Shown here: positions 38,299 to 50,209 of the stretch, one piece after another | How the letters are laid out: each line of letters starts with the position of its first letter | How positions within the stretch are numbered: position 1 is the first letter of the stretch | Source of the DNA: Nitrospirota bacterium | Lineage (GTDB): Bacteria; Nitrospirota; JACRHL01 | Length of the DNA: 64,000 bases | Assembly: GCA_029858285.1 (NCBI GenBank) | Contig: JAOUFN010000002.1 | Coordinates: forward strand, 9,842-73,841 | Direction: 5' to 3' | The notes under the pieces: generated by a model | Database searches by the model: none | What the model was told of the DNA's origin: nothing | The model's input: only the letters and a program-made list of their open reading frames with translations | Position numbers and translations under genes: made by a program

Positions 38299-38529
38299 AT
38301 GCTGATGACCCCCGAAGAGGCCCAAACCAAGTGGTGTCCCTTTTCCAATACCCCCCCCAGCAAAGCCCTGCCCACCCCCAGCACCGTCGGCCGACGCCTG
38401 GAAGCCGCCGGCAACAGCACCTGTCTGGCCGATAGTTGCGCGGTGTGGCGCTGGTGGGCCGACCCCAAGGGGGAACAACCGGGCGACTATTCCCCCATGG
38501 GTTTCTGCGGCATGGCCGGTCGCCCCTAG
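38299..38529 (+). CDS. Small Cys/Trp-rich hypothetical protein (76 aa)
   Basis: GGAG RBS; pattern MTPEEAQTKWCPF...CLADSCAVWRW...GFCGMAG. Confidence 0.7.
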   Translation: MLMTPEEAQTKWCPFSNTPPSKALPTPSTVGRRLEAAGNSTCLADSCAVWRWWADPKGEQPGDYSPMGFCGMAGRP

Positions 38530-38582
38530 GCCGGCGCTTCAGCCCTCCGCAACAGATCCCCGAGCAGCCCAGGCCCGCCCGC

Positions 38583-39314
38583 ATGACAGATTCCACCCCG
38601 GACGCCCCGCCCGAGCCATCGCCCGAGCCGTCATCACCCCCGCGCCCCCTGAGCAGCGCCGAGGGCCGCACCTTCGCCGCCGGTCTCGGCGTTGTGGTGG
38701 CGGGCCTGATCGCCCTCACCGCCGTGTGGTTCGTGAACCCCGACGACGCCCATTTGGCGGGCGCCATGGTCATGGCCCACCTCATGTTCGGTCGCGCCGC
38801 GGGCATCACTTTTGGCTACACGGCGGGCCTCGGCCACGCCGTGGTGATTCCGGTCAACATCGTGGTGGAATGTGCGCTGGTGCTGCTGGCCTATCCCCTG
38901 CTGGTGGCGGGCTGGAGCCGCGCCGCCACCCGCCTGAGGCCGTTTCAGGCCATGATGGAAGGCACCACCCGCATGGCGGAGCGCTACCGCGGGCAGATCC
39001 GCCGCTACGGCGTGGTGGGGCTGATCGCCTTCGTGCTGATACCGTTCTGGATGACCGGGCCGGTGGTGGCCTGCCTCATCGGCCATCTGCTGGGATTGCG
39101 CACCTGGGTGATTCTGGCCGCGGTGCTGCCCGCTGCGGCCCTGGGTGTGGTGGCCTGGGCGCTGCCCCTGAAACTGTTCCACGACAAGTTGCAGGACATG
39201 CACGACATGGCCCCCGTCGTGCTGGTGGTTGTGATTGTGTTGATTGCCGTGGCCGGCCCCCTCATCCGCCGGGCTTCCCGAAGCGCTTCCCGCCGCCCGC
39301 CGCCCGAATCCTGA
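38583..39314 (+). CDS. Putative small multidrug export family membrane protein
   Basis: GRAAGITFG, YGVVGLIAFVLIPFWMTGPVVACLIGHLLG; multiple TM helices. Confidence 0.7.
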   Translation: MTDSTPDAPPEPSPEPSSPPRPLSSAEGRTFAAGLGVVVAGLIALTAVWFVNPDDAHLAGAMVMAHLMFGRAAGITFGYTAGLGHAVVIPVNIVVECALVLLAYPLLVAGWSRAATRLRPFQAMMEGTTRMAERYRGQIRRYGVVGLIAFVLIPFWMTGPVVACLIGHLLGLRTWVILAAVLPAAALGVVAWALPLKLFHDKLQDMHDMAPVVLVVVIVLIAVAGPLIRRASRSASRRPPPES

Positions 39315-39347
39315 GCCAGGGGGGGCGCGGGCGCGAAGGCGCCTGGT

Positions 39348-40315
<968 letters not shown>

Positions 40316-40319
<4 letters not shown>

Positions 40320-41299
40320 GCGCGGGCCTCGGCGCGGGCGTAGAGGTGGCAGCGCACCGAATGCCCCTCGGCGGCCAGGGTCAGCGGCGGCTCCGGCCCG
40401 TCACAGGCGGCAAAGCGTTCGGTGCAGCGGTCGCGGAACTTGCAGCCAGGCCCGAGTTCCGTCAGTGCCGGAACTGTGCCGGGGATCGCCGCCAGCCGCC
40501 CCTTGCTCCCCTGCCCGACACGCGGCAGGCTGGCCAGCAGCCCTTGGGTGTAGGGGTGCATGGGGGCGCGGAACAGTTCGGTGGTGGTGGTCTCCTCCAC
40601 CACCCGTCCGGCGTACATGATGGCCACCCGGTCGGCGGTTTCGGCGATCACCCCCAGGTCGTGGGAGATCATCACCAGCGCCATGCCGGTGCGCTCCCGC
40701 AGTTCCGACAGCAGGGCCAGAATCTGTGCCTGAATGGTCACGTCCAGGGCGGTGGTCGGCTCGTCGGCGAACAGCAGGTCGGGCTCGCAGGCGATGGCCA
40801 TGGCGATCATCACCCGCTGGCGCATGCCGCCGGAGAGCTGGTGGGGGTATTCGTCCACGCGCATGCGCGGGGCCGGAATGCCCACCCGTTCCAACATCTC
40901 CACCGAGCGTTCCCGGGCCTCGTGGCGCGACAGGCCCCGGTGCAGGCGCAGCCCCTCGCCGATCTGGTTGCCGACCGTGAACACCGGGTTCAGGGCGGTC
41001 ATCGGCTCCTGAAAGATCATCGAGATGCGGTTACCCCGCACCTTCCGCATCTGCTCCTCCGGCAGGCTGAGTAGTTCCTGGCCGTCAAAGCGCACCGAGC
41101 CGCCGGTGATCCGCCCCGGCGGATTCGGCACCAGACGCAGGACAGAGAGGGAGGTGACGCTCTTGCCGCAGCCCGACTCGCCGACGATGCCCAGCACCTC
41201 GCCCCGGTCCACGCAAAAATCCACCCCGTCCACGGCGGCGACCGGCCCCTTGGGGGTGTTGAATGTGGTGGTCAGTCCTTGGACTTCCAGTAGCGGCAC
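40316..41299 (-). CDS. Oligopeptide/dipeptide ABC ATP-binding subunit, OppD/DppD type
   Basis: [46 protein letters not shown]. Confidence 0.93.
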
Positions 41300-41330
41300 G
41301 TCTCTCGCCCATCCCTGGCGGGGTTGTGGT

Positions 41331-42038
41331 TCACTGCTGCAGCAGCGCCCTGCGCACGGTGGCCAGCAGGGCCTCCGCGTCGCGCCGCGACGGGTCCAGT
41401 TCCAGCGCCTTCTGCCATTCTCCGATGGCCATGGCGTGGAAACCCTTGCGGAAATAGATCTGCCCGGTCTGCACAAACGGCAGCGGGTATTCGGAATTCA
41501 ACGTCTTGGCGTGGGCGAACACCCGAAGCGCCTCGTCCAGCCGTTCCTGGCGGCGCAGCACGATGCCCACCTTGCACACCACGTCCACATAGCGCGGGCG
41601 CAGCATCAGGGCGCGGCGGTATTCGTGCAGGGCGTCGTCCAACCGCTCCAGGCGCGCGTAATCGTCCCCCAGTTGCACGTGGCGGTTGGCGATGCGGTCC
41701 AGCACCGGTCCGTCGTCATCGGCGCGCACCTGCCCGGCGGCGTCCCGGAACACCTGTTCGGCGTCCTCGAAGCGGCCGGTGTCGTTGTAGGCCACCACCA
41801 GATTGAGGCACGCCTCGGTGTAGGCGGGGTTGGCGGCCACGGCGCGCTCGAAGCAACGCACCGCCTCTTCCATGCGGCCGCAGGCGTGGTGAATTTCCCC
41901 CAGCCGGTTGTACACATCGGGGTAGCCGTCCGGACGGTCTTCGACGACCTGCTCGAACAGGCGCCGACTCTCTTCCAGTGCGCCGCGCCGGAACAGGGCG
42001 TCGGCCATATCGAGCACATTGGAGGTATCGGAAAACAT
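41331..42038 (-). CDS. Tetratricopeptide-repeat protein
   Basis: Several TPR-like units ([29 protein letters not shown]). Confidence 0.85.
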   Translation of the reverse strand: MFSDTSNVLDMADALFRRGALEESRRLFEQVVEDRPDGYPDVYNRLGEIHHACGRMEEAVRCFERAVAANPAYTEACLNLVVAYNDTGRFEDAEQVFRDAAGQVRADDDGPVLDRIANRHVQLGDDYARLERLDDALHEYRRALMLRPRYVDVVCKVGIVLRRQERLDEALRVFAHAKTLNSEYPLPFVQTGQIYFRKGFHAMAIGEWQKALELDPSRRDAEALLATVRRALLQQ

Positions 42039-42368
42039 GCAAGCCCCGCTATCAACTGCCCCGGACCCGGCGGCAGGCACCCGGAATACCCCTGCCGTAC
42101 ACCCCTGCCGCGCGCGTCTGCACCGCACCGCCGCCGCACGCCAGGGTCCGCAAACCCCGCTTGCGGACGCCGCCCCGTCACGGTCACCCGTAACCCATTT
42201 TTGCAGACAATTCGGGGCTACTTGAGCAATCGTACCACAACCGGTGATTTTGCCACAGGTCCAGCGGGGGCGGTACCGCAATCGGCAAAGGTGGAGGGCG
42301 GATCGGCCTCCGGAACGGAGGACGGCGGAGAATGCCCGCCCCAAGGCAGGGGCGGCAGGAAGGCGAAC

Positions 42369-42965
42369 CTAGGCGTCGCCCTCTTTCTTCTTGAGTTCCA
42401 TGATGACCTGCTTGGCGATGTCCTTGAGGGTGTCGAACACCCCGTCGCCCTTGGAGGCGCAGCCCTCGAAGGTGGGCACGCCGCGCGGGTTGAGCAGGCC
42501 GTTCATCTCCTGCGTCGAGGCCACGTCCGGCAGATCGCGCTTGTTGAACTGGATGTTGAACGGAATCTTGTCCAGGTCAAAACCGTGCTCCGCCAGGTTG
42601 GTGCGCAGGTTCTCCAGCGACTCCACGTTGGCCTCCATGCGGTCCACCTGGGAATCGGCCACGAACACCACGCCGTCCGCGCCGCGCAGGATCAACTTGC
42701 GGCTGGCGTCGTAGAACACCTGGCCGGGCACGGTATAAAGGTGAAAACGCACCTTGAAACCCTTGATGGAGCCCAGGGCCAGAGGCAAAAAGTCGAAGAA
42801 CAGGGTGCGCTCGGTCTCGGTGGCCAGCGAGATCATCTTGCCCCGGTTGTCCGGATTGGTCTTCTGGTAGATGTAATTCAGGTTGGTGGTCTTCCCGCAC
42901 AGACCCGGACCGTAGTACACGATCTTGCAGTTGATCTCGCGGGATGAATAATTAATGAACGACAT
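42369..42965 (-). CDS. mglA: MglA small GTPase
   Basis: [35 protein letters not shown]. Confidence 0.96.
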   Translation of the reverse strand: MSFINYSSREINCKIVYYGPGLCGKTTNLNYIYQKTNPDNRGKMISLATETERTLFFDFLPLALGSIKGFKVRFHLYTVPGQVFYDASRKLILRGADGVVFVADSQVDRMEANVESLENLRTNLAEHGFDLDKIPFNIQFNKRDLPDVASTQEMNGLLNPRGVPTFEGCASKGDGVFDTLKDIAKQVIMELKKKEGDA

Positions 42966-42970
42966 GGGGC

Positions 42971-43450
42971 CTACCGGAACAACTGATCGATGTCATCTTC
43001 CGTGATTTCCGCAAACGGCGAGAGGTCTTCCTCTTCGCCGATACCGTCTTCCACTCCCTGGATGAGCAGTGCCTCGAGATTCTTGGTGGTGTTCTTGACC
43101 CGCAGCCTCACCAGACCAATGGAGGTCTCGGCGTTGAACAATACCACCAGAATAGCCACCCCACCTACCACCGAAAGGTGCAGGTGCTCCTCTTCTCCCT
43201 CGTGCAGCACACCGCCGAACTTGTCTTCGCCCACCAGCTCGGCGATGGCCTTGGAGGCCGCCATGTTGCTGGCGGTGAGCGCGGCGATGGCCGTGGTGTC
43301 CACCTTGGCGGCGTCGCCCGCCTGACCCAGCAACTGGCCGTTGCCGTCGATCAGGAACGCAACCCGCGCCTTGGCGGCCTGGCGAAACGTGCGCAACTCC
43401 TCCTCAACCCTCTCGAGGACCTGCGCTGTCAGAAAACTCCGGGTACCCAC
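42971..43450 (-). CDS. mglB: MglB roadblock/LC7 GTPase-activating protein
   Basis: [35 protein letters not shown]; directly upstream of mglA. Confidence 0.9.
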   Translation of the reverse strand: MGTRSFLTAQVLERVEEELRTFRQAAKARVAFLIDGNGQLLGQAGDAAKVDTTAIAALTASNMAASKAIAELVGEDKFGGVLHEGEEEHLHLSVVGGVAILVVLFNAETSIGLVRLRVKNTTKNLEALLIQGVEDGIGEEEDLSPFAEITEDDIDQLFR

Positions 43451-43751
43451 GTCTGCTCCCTCGCCAGTTCCCTCGTTCGTTCCCTCGTTTCGTGCCCCCG
43501 GCGGTGGCTACCCCTCTTTCGAGGCGAGGGGGTTATAGCACACCTTCGGGACTCCCCCCAAGGAGTCTTTGTCGGCAACCTGCCGCGAACCGGTGGCGGT
43601 TCCATCCTCTATCGGCCAGCCCATGCCGCTTCAAAAGTCCATTTTGCAGGCAACGGCAAGACACCTGAAGACACCGGCCCGGACAGCCGACTGTCCACAT
43701 TTTGATGCCCGCTTGATGCCCGCGCCCGCCACAGACCGCACCGTCACCCCG

Positions 43752-45248
43752 TTACCGGCGCGGCACGGCGGCGCCCGACCGGGCGTCTGCCGGGTCACCT
43801 GCCGGGTCACCCGCCAATTCGTCCACCGGCCCGTTCCCCGGCGCCTCCCCGCCCGGCAAAATTTTTCCGGGATTGAGCACGCCGAGCGGATCGAAGGCCT
43901 GTTTGATGCGACGCATCACATCAAGCCCCAGCGGACCGACCTCAATGGGCAGATAGGCCGCCTTGGTGAGGCCGATGCCGTGCTCCCCGGACACACTCCC
44001 CTCCAGCCGCACCACGGTTTCGAACAATTCCCGCACTGCCCGTCCGGCACGCTCCATGCGTCCGGCGTCGGCGCTGTCCACCATGATATTGACGTGCAGG
44101 TTTCCCTCACCGGCGTGGCCGAAGCAGACGATGGGCAGGTCGTGGCGGGTGGCCAGTTCGTCCACCGCCCGCACCAGTTCCGGCAGACGGCTGCGGGGCA
44201 CCACCACGTCCTCGTTGATTTTGGTGGGGGCCACCTCGTACATGGCCTGTGACAGGGCCTTGCGCGCCGCCCACACGCGCCGCGCCTCGTCGGCGGTGGC
44301 GGCGTGACGCACCTCGATGGCTCCCGCCGCGCGGCACACCTCGGCCACCCGTGCGGCGTCCCGTTCCACCTCGGCGGCGCTGCCGTCCACCTCCAGCACC
44401 AGCAGGGCGCGGGCGGCGGCGGGAATTTCCACGCCGCCGTGGGCGCGCACCAGTTCCAGGGAGCGGGCATCCATGAATTCACAGGCCCGCGGCACCACGG
44501 CGCGGGCGATGGTATCGCTCACCGCGCGGGCCGCCGCCGTCACGTCGTCGAAGGCCACCAGAAGGGTGCGCACCGCCTCCGGCAGGGGGAGCAGGCGCAG
44601 GGTGAGGCCGGTGATCACCCCCAGCGTGCCCTCGGTGCCCACCAGCAACCGCGCCAGATCGTAGCCCGCCACCCGTTTCACGGCGCGGGAGGGGTTGGTC
44701 AGAATGTCGCCGTTGGGCAGCACCGCGTCCAGCGCCAGCACATAGTCGCGGGTGCCGCCGTACTTCACCGAGCGCGGCCCGGTGGCGGCGCAGGCGGCGT
44801 TGCCCCCCAGGGTGCAACTGGCGGAGCTGGATGGGTCCGGGGGATAAAACAGCCCCACCGCCTCCACTGCCCGGTGCAGGTCGGCGGTGATCACCCCCGG
44901 CTGCACCCGCGCCACCAGATTGTCGCGGTCGATTTCCAGAATGCGGTTCATGCGTTCCAGACTCAGCACGATGCCGCCGTTCACCGGCACGCTGCCACCC
45001 ACAAAGCCGGTGCCCGCACCACGCGGCACCACCGGAATTCGCAGGCGGTTGGCCACCCGCAACACCGCCGCCACCTCGGCGGCGGATTCCGGAAACACCA
45101 CCACGTCCGGCATGGCGCTGAGCCGGGTGGCGTCATAGCCATAGCAAAGCCGCTCCGCCCGATCGGTGCGGATCCGCTCCCGGGACAGGGCGGCGGACAG
45201 GGCATCCACCAGGGCCGGGGCCGGTTCAGTGCGGGAAAGTGCCGTCAT
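43752..45248 (-). CDS. FAD-linked oxidase, GlcD / D-2-hydroxyacid oxidase family
   Basis: PRGAGTGFVGG, YPPDP, GYDL, GTEGTLG, EDVVVP, FGHAGEGNLH, GEHGIG, LNPGK. Confidence 0.9.
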   Translation of the reverse strand: MTALSRTEPAPALVDALSAALSRERIRTDRAERLCYGYDATRLSAMPDVVVFPESAAEVAAVLRVANRLRIPVVPRGAGTGFVGGSVPVNGGIVLSLERMNRILEIDRDNLVARVQPGVITADLHRAVEAVGLFYPPDPSSSASCTLGGNAACAATGPRSVKYGGTRDYVLALDAVLPNGDILTNPSRAVKRVAGYDLARLLVGTEGTLGVITGLTLRLLPLPEAVRTLLVAFDDVTAAARAVSDTIARAVVPRACEFMDARSLELVRAHGGVEIPAAARALLVLEVDGSAAEVERDAARVAEVCRAAGAIEVRHAATADEARRVWAARKALSQAMYEVAPTKINEDVVVPRSRLPELVRAVDELATRHDLPIVCFGHAGEGNLHVNIMVDSADAGRMERAGRAVRELFETVVRLEGSVSGEHGIGLTKAAYLPIEVGPLGLDVMRRIKQAFDPLGVLNPGKILPGGEAPGNGPVDELAGDPAGDPADARSGAAVPRR

Positions 45249-45340
45249 GGAAAGCACGGTAACAGACCAAACGTCCCCGGTAAAGACTATTAAATACCCC
45301 GAAAAAACGGCATTTTCCGACCCTTCAGGGACCGCTCCCC

Positions 45341-45370
45341 TTGTCAAATCCCCCCTTGCGGCGGTATAAA
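45341..45370 (+). promoter_or_regulatory. Possible sigma70 promoter for mdh
   Basis: TTGTCA-N18-TATAAA about 80 nt upstream of the ATG. Confidence 0.45.
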
Positions 45371-45451
45371 TGCGGGTTCGATTGATGCAAACAGAAGAGT
45401 TTTCGGCCACGGCGGGGGCGTCCCGTCGCAGGTATACGGAGGAGACCGCGG

Positions 45452-46444
45452 ATGCGCAGATTCAAGACGACGGTGGTAGGTGCGGGAAACGTCGGGTCGA
45501 CCCTGGCGCAGCGCCTGGTGGAAAAGCAGCTCACCGACGTGGTTCTGATCGACCGGGTCACCGACCGTGGCGAGGGCAAGACCCTCGACCTGCTGCAGAG
45601 CGCCCCCATCCTCGGCTTCGACACCAAGATCATCGGCGCCGATGACTACGGCCCCACCGAGGGTTCGGACATCGTGGTCATCACCGCCGGTTTTCCGCGC
45701 AAGCCCGGCATGAGCCGCGACGACCTGCTGAAGACCAACATGGAAGTGGTGCAGGAGGTGACGGAAAACATCGTCCGCCACTCCCCGGAGGCCATCATCA
45801 TCGTGGTCACCAACCCCCTGGACGCCATGTGCCACGTGGTCAAGAAGGTCAGCGGCTTCCCCAAGAACCGCGTGTTCGGCATGGCCGGCATCCTCGACAC
45901 CGCGCGCTTCCGCACCTTCATCGCCATGGAACTGAACGTGTCGGTGGACAACATCCACGCCTTCGTGCTGGGCGGCCACGGCGACACCATGGTGCCGGTG
46001 CCGCGCTACTCCACCGTGGCCGGCATCCCCATTCCGGAACTGCTCTCCCAGGACCGCATTGACGCGCTGGTGGAGCGCACCCGCAACGGCGGCGCCGAAA
46101 TCGTCGCCCTGCTGAAAACCGGCAGCGCCTACTACGCCCCCTCCGCCGCCACCGTGGAGATGATCGAGGCGATCATGGTGGACAAAAAGAAAATTCTCCC
46201 CTGCTCGGCCCTGTGCGAGGGGGAGTACAGCATCGACGGCGTGTTCGTGGGCGTGCCGTGCAAGCTCGGCAAGGACGGCATCGAGGAGATTGTGGACGTG
46301 CGCCTGGCCAACCCGGAACTGGCCGCCCTGCACCGCTCCGCCGAACTGGTGCGTGAGCAGATCGTGACAGTTGACCGCTTCATGGCCGAAGCCGCCGCCG
46401 CCAAGGCGCCCAAGAAAAAGGAACCCTCGCCCGCCAAAGGTTGA
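45452..46444 (+). CDS. mdh: Malate dehydrogenase (LDH-like type)
   Basis: [48 protein letters not shown]. Confidence 0.96.
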   Translation: MRRFKTTVVGAGNVGSTLAQRLVEKQLTDVVLIDRVTDRGEGKTLDLLQSAPILGFDTKIIGADDYGPTEGSDIVVITAGFPRKPGMSRDDLLKTNMEVVQEVTENIVRHSPEAIIIVVTNPLDAMCHVVKKVSGFPKNRVFGMAGILDTARFRTFIAMELNVSVDNIHAFVLGGHGDTMVPVPRYSTVAGIPIPELLSQDRIDALVERTRNGGAEIVALLKTGSAYYAPSAATVEMIEAIMVDKKKILPCSALCEGEYSIDGVFVGVPCKLGKDGIEEIVDVRLANPELAALHRSAELVREQIVTVDRFMAEAAAAKAPKKKEPSPAKG

Positions 46445-46579
46445 GCTTCCACCCCGTTGGCCCCCCTCGCCGCGCCGGATCGCGGGGGGAGGGTTTCGGG
46501 CCGCCGGGGCGGGGCCGCCCGATCGGGGGCAAGGCCGTCAGGGAAAAGCCCATCAGGGCAGACGGAGACATCGACACCC

Positions 46580-48016
46580 GTGGACCCGCATAAAGTGAAC
46601 GCCCACGAGCTGACGGTGGCCGGAACCACGTTCCGCGCCGCCGCCACCGATCCTGTCACCAACCCCCACACGGGCGAGGTCATCGCCGACATTGCCCTGG
46701 CCGGTCCCGACGCCGTGGAGGCGGCCATCGCCGCCGCCCGTGCGGCCTTCGAGGAATACCGTGGCTGGCCCACGCACCGGCGCGTTCGCCTGCTGGCGGA
46801 CCTGGCCTCCCACGTTGCCCGGCGCCGCACGGAACTGGCCGCCAGTATCGTGGCCGAAGCGGGCAAACCCATCACCCAGGCGCAGGGCGAGGTGGACCGC
46901 GCCATCACCACCTTCCAGCTTGCCGCCGAAGAGGCCGGACGCATGGGGGGCGAGGTCATCCCCGCCGACCTCACCGCCGCAGGGGAGGGGTATCTGGCCC
47001 TCACCCGGCGTTTTCCGGTGGGGCCGGTGACCGCCATTTCGCCGTTCAATTTTCCCCTCAACCTGGTGGCCCATAAACTGGCCCCGGCCCTGGCCACGGG
47101 CTGCTCCATGGTGCTCAAGCCGCCGGTGCAGACCCCCCTCACGCCGCTGCTGCTGGGTGACCTTTTGCAGGAAGCCGGAGCCCCCCCCGGTCTGTTCACC
47201 GTGCTGCCGTGCTCGGCGGAAAACGCCCGCCCCCTGATCACCGACGAGCGCATGGCCACCCTCTCCTTCACCGGCAGCGACCGCGTGGGCTGGCATCTCA
47301 AGTCGCTGGCAGGCAAAAAGCGCGTGACCCTGGAGCTGGGCGGCAACGCCGCCGCCATCATCTGCCCCGGCGTGGACATCGAGGCCACCGCCCGGCGCGT
47401 CGCCTTTGGCGCCTACGCCTACGCCGGGCAGATCTGCATTTCGGTGCAGCGCATTCTGGTGCAGCGGGGGATTCAGGAGGAATTCCTGGCCGCCCTCACC
47501 CGCGCCACCGAGGCCATCGTCACCGGCGACCCGCGCGACCCGCGCACCGTGGCCGGCCCCCTCATCGACCGGGCGGCAGCGGAGCGGGTGGCGGCGTGGA
47601 TCCGGTCCGCCGTGGATGGCGGGGCGCGCCTGCTCACCGGCGGTGAGCGCGAGGGCAACATCATCCGTCCGGCGCTGCTGACCGACGCCGCCCCGGAGCT
47701 GGAAATCTGTTGTCAGGAGGTATTCGGCCCGGTGGCGGTGGTGGAACCCTTCGACACCTTCCCGGAGGCGGTGGCGACGGTAAACCGCTCCCGCTACGGC
47801 CTGCAGGCGGGGGTTTTCACCCGCGACCTGGGCGAGGCCCTGTACGCCCACCGCCATCTGGAGGTGGGAGGGGTGATCGTGGGCGATATCCCCACCGTGC
47901 GCTTCGACCACCTGCCCTACGGCGGCGGCAAGGATTCCGGGCAGGGGCGCGAGGGGGTGCGCTACGCCATGGACGAGTTCACCGAGCCGCGCCTGCTGCT
48001 GATCAAAACCGGCTGA
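46580..48016 (+). CDS. NAD(P)-dependent aldehyde dehydrogenase
   Basis: ISPFNFP, FTGS, LELGGN, AGQICIS, EVFGP, YGGGKDSG; start approximate. Confidence 0.92.
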   Translation: MDPHKVNAHELTVAGTTFRAAATDPVTNPHTGEVIADIALAGPDAVEAAIAAARAAFEEYRGWPTHRRVRLLADLASHVARRRTELAASIVAEAGKPITQAQGEVDRAITTFQLAAEEAGRMGGEVIPADLTAAGEGYLALTRRFPVGPVTAISPFNFPLNLVAHKLAPALATGCSMVLKPPVQTPLTPLLLGDLLQEAGAPPGLFTVLPCSAENARPLITDERMATLSFTGSDRVGWHLKSLAGKKRVTLELGGNAAAIICPGVDIEATARRVAFGAYAYAGQICISVQRILVQRGIQEEFLAALTRATEAIVTGDPRDPRTVAGPLIDRAAAERVAAWIRSAVDGGARLLTGGEREGNIIRPALLTDAAPELEICCQEVFGPVAVVEPFDTFPEAVATVNRSRYGLQAGVFTRDLGEALYAHRHLEVGGVIVGDIPTVRFDHLPYGGGKDSGQGREGVRYAMDEFTEPRLLLIKTG

Positions 48017-48026
48017 AGAAAGAAAT

Positions 48027-48821
48027 ATGTCGCCCCGCAAGCAACAATCCTCCGCCCCCCATATCGGCGTGGTTGGCGATTTCAATCCGGGTACTCCGCC
48101 CGGCAACATGGAGCGCTTTGGCGGCGACGAGGCCCACCACTTTCTGAACGCCCGCTACACCCGGGCGGTGCGCGACGCCGGGGGCATTCCGTGGCTGCTG
48201 CCGACCCCGGTGGACCCCGCCGACGCGGAGCGTTTTGCGGAAATCCACCTGGAGCGTCTGGACGGCCTGCTGATGACCGGCTGCGGCCGCCACCTGGACC
48301 CCGCCGCCTACGGCGAGTTGCCGCGCTTCGACCTGAACCTGATGGCCCCCGCCAAGCAGCGCTTCGAGGAGGCACTGGTGCGGGCCACCCGTGCGCGCCA
48401 GATGCCGGTGCTGGCCATTTGCGGCGGCATGCAGACCGCCAACGCGGTGCTGGGGGGAACCCTCGTCCAGCGCATCGGCGCCGAGGTGCCGGGGGCCCTG
48501 GAGCACATGCAGGAAACCAAGGCCATCCACACCGTGCACGATGTAACGGTGACCCCCGGCAGCCGCCTGGCGCGCATCACCGGCGCCAGCACCTTTGCCA
48601 CCAACTCTTCCCACACCCAGGCGGTGGGGCGGCCGGGGAACGGACTGACCGTCACCGCCCGCACCACCGACGGCGTGGCGGAGGCCTATGAATCCGCGGA
48701 CGGCTACCTGATCGGCCTGCAATGGCACCCGGAATACCTGTACCCGGAACACCCCGGCCAGGCCGCACTGTTCCTGGCCCTGATCCGCGCCGCCACGAGC
48801 GGCGGCCCGCTGGGGGGCTAG
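48027..48821 (+). CDS. Peptidase C26 / gamma-glutamyl-gamma-aminobutyrate hydrolase family
   Basis: DGLLMTG, AICGGMQ (Cys nucleophile), NSSHTQAV, QWHPE. Confidence 0.88.
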   Translation: MSPRKQQSSAPHIGVVGDFNPGTPPGNMERFGGDEAHHFLNARYTRAVRDAGGIPWLLPTPVDPADAERFAEIHLERLDGLLMTGCGRHLDPAAYGELPRFDLNLMAPAKQRFEEALVRATRARQMPVLAICGGMQTANAVLGGTLVQRIGAEVPGALEHMQETKAIHTVHDVTVTPGSRLARITGASTFATNSSHTQAVGRPGNGLTVTARTTDGVAEAYESADGYLIGLQWHPEYLYPEHPGQAALFLALIRAATSGGPLGG

Positions 48822-50209
48822 CGCCGCCCTCCGGACTTTGGCCCCGATCTGGATCCCGGCTTCGGCCCCGGCTTCGGACCGGGACCACCGCTGCCGCCGC
48901 GACCTCCCCGTGGGGGAGGGCCACCGGCATCCCGGTCACGACGCGGCGGGCCGCTTCGACCGGCACGATCAGGACGGTCGGCCCGGTCGGTGGGGCCAGT
49001 CCGATCCGTGCGTTCGGGGCGGGTCACCCGGCGGCCACCACGCCCCTCCTCGGCAAATCGCCCGTGCGGACGCCCCTCCGGTTCCTCCCGCCGGTTGCGG
49101 ATGCGCCCCCGTGGAGGCGGTCCGGCGTCCCGGTCACGCGGATCCCGGTCACGCGGATCCCGGTCACGCGGATCCCGGTCACGCGGATCCCGGTCGCGCG
49201 GGTCCCGGTCGCGCGGGTCCCGGTCGCGCGGGTCCCGGTCGCGCGGGTCCCGGTCGCGCGGGTCCCGGTCGCGCGGGTCCCGGTCGCGCGGGTCCCGGTC
49301 ACGCGGATCCCGGTCGCGCGGGTCCCGGTCATAAAACTCCCGCCGGGGCGACTCCTGCCTGAACTCTTCCCGCCGCCGGGCCGGGCGACGCGGGGGCCGC
49401 TGGGTCGGCTCGGCCTTTGCCGCCCGTTCCGCCAACGCCGCCCGCTCCGCCCGCGCCGAGCGTTTGACCACCGGTGTCGGTTCCGCCACCGGCTTTTCCG
49501 CGTCGGGGACCGGAATGGGCCGCCGCCCCTTTTCCTTGTACATGATGAACAGGTAGTTGAAGCCGCGCAGCAGGTAATTGCCCTCCACCGCCGAGGTGTG
49601 CCAGTGGTTGCGCATCAGGGTGCGGTTGTGGCGGCACACCGCCACAATGTCCACCGGCGTGAAATGCCGGCACAGCGCCCCGAACAGCTTGAAGCCGATG
49701 GCCTCGAACGGCTTGCCCAGTTCAAAGGAATCGCTCACGTACAGGGCCATGAAGCGCTCCGGGCGCAGGACGCGGTCCATGTCGGCGATGGCCGCCTCCA
49801 TGGCCGGATAGTAGGCGTCGCCCCGGGCGTCCAGTTCGCCGATGCAGTCGGGGCGGCCCGAGTAGCGCACGTGGTTCGAATAGGGCGGGTCCACGAACAC
49901 AAAGTCGGCCTTGGCGTCCTCCAGGGGCAATTTGCGCGCGTCGGCGCGAAAGATGTCGGGGCGGGAGGGGGCCACGTCGTACCCCAGGGCGCGGCGGTCC
50001 ATCTGGCGCGCCACATCCAGTGTGGTGCCGCTGCCGCACATGGGGTCCACCACCAGTTGTCCGGGGCGGGTGTAGCGCGCCAGCAGGTTGGCGATCAGGT
50101 AACTGGGGGTGGAGCCAACGTAGGCATTGTCCCCCTGCCCCCCCTCGCCGTGGGTGCGCGACGCATAGTCCCACAAGGTGGTGGTCATTACCGGCAGATC
50201 GCCGTCCAT
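48818..50209 (-). CDS. SAM-dependent amino-methyltransferase (DPPY type) with a long Arg/Asp-rich low-complexity tail
   Basis: VVDPMCGSGTT (motif I) precedes FVFVDPPY (motif IV); (DRDPR)13 tail; start approximate. Confidence 0.82.
   Translation of the reverse strand: MDGDLPVMTTTLWDYASRTHGEGGQGDNAYVGSTPSYLIANLLARYTRPGQLVVDPMCGSGTTLDVARQMDRRALGYDVAPSRPDIFRADARKLPLEDAKADFVFVDPPYSNHVRYSGRPDCIGELDARGDAYYPAMEAAIADMDRVLRPERFMALYVSDSFELGKPFEAIGFKLFGALCRHFTPVDIVAVCRHNRTLMRNHWHTSAVEGNYLLRGFNYLFIMYKEKGRRPIPVPDAEKPVAEPTPVVKRSARAERAALAERAAKAEPTQRPPRRPARRREEFRQESPRREFYDRDPRDRDPRDRDPRDRDPRDRDPRDRDPRDRDPRDRDPRDRDPRDRDPRDRDPRDRDPRDRDPRDRDAGPPPRGRIRNRREEPEGRPHGRFAEEGRGGRRVTRPERTDRTGPTDRADRPDRAGRSGPPRRDRDAGGPPPRGGRGGSGGPGPKPGPKPGSRSGPKSGGRR
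49126..49330. repeat. 15-bp coding tandem repeat, about 13.7 copies, encoding DRDPR
   Basis: G(A/G)TCCCGGTC(A/G)CGCG repeated; variation confined to synonymous positions on the minus strand. Confidence 0.98.

Noticed and set aside
46580-48821. Aldehyde dehydrogenase plus C26 hydrolase as a complete putrescine (Puu) pathway
   Set aside because: No glutamylation enzyme, oxidase or transporter nearby; only family-level calls are supportable
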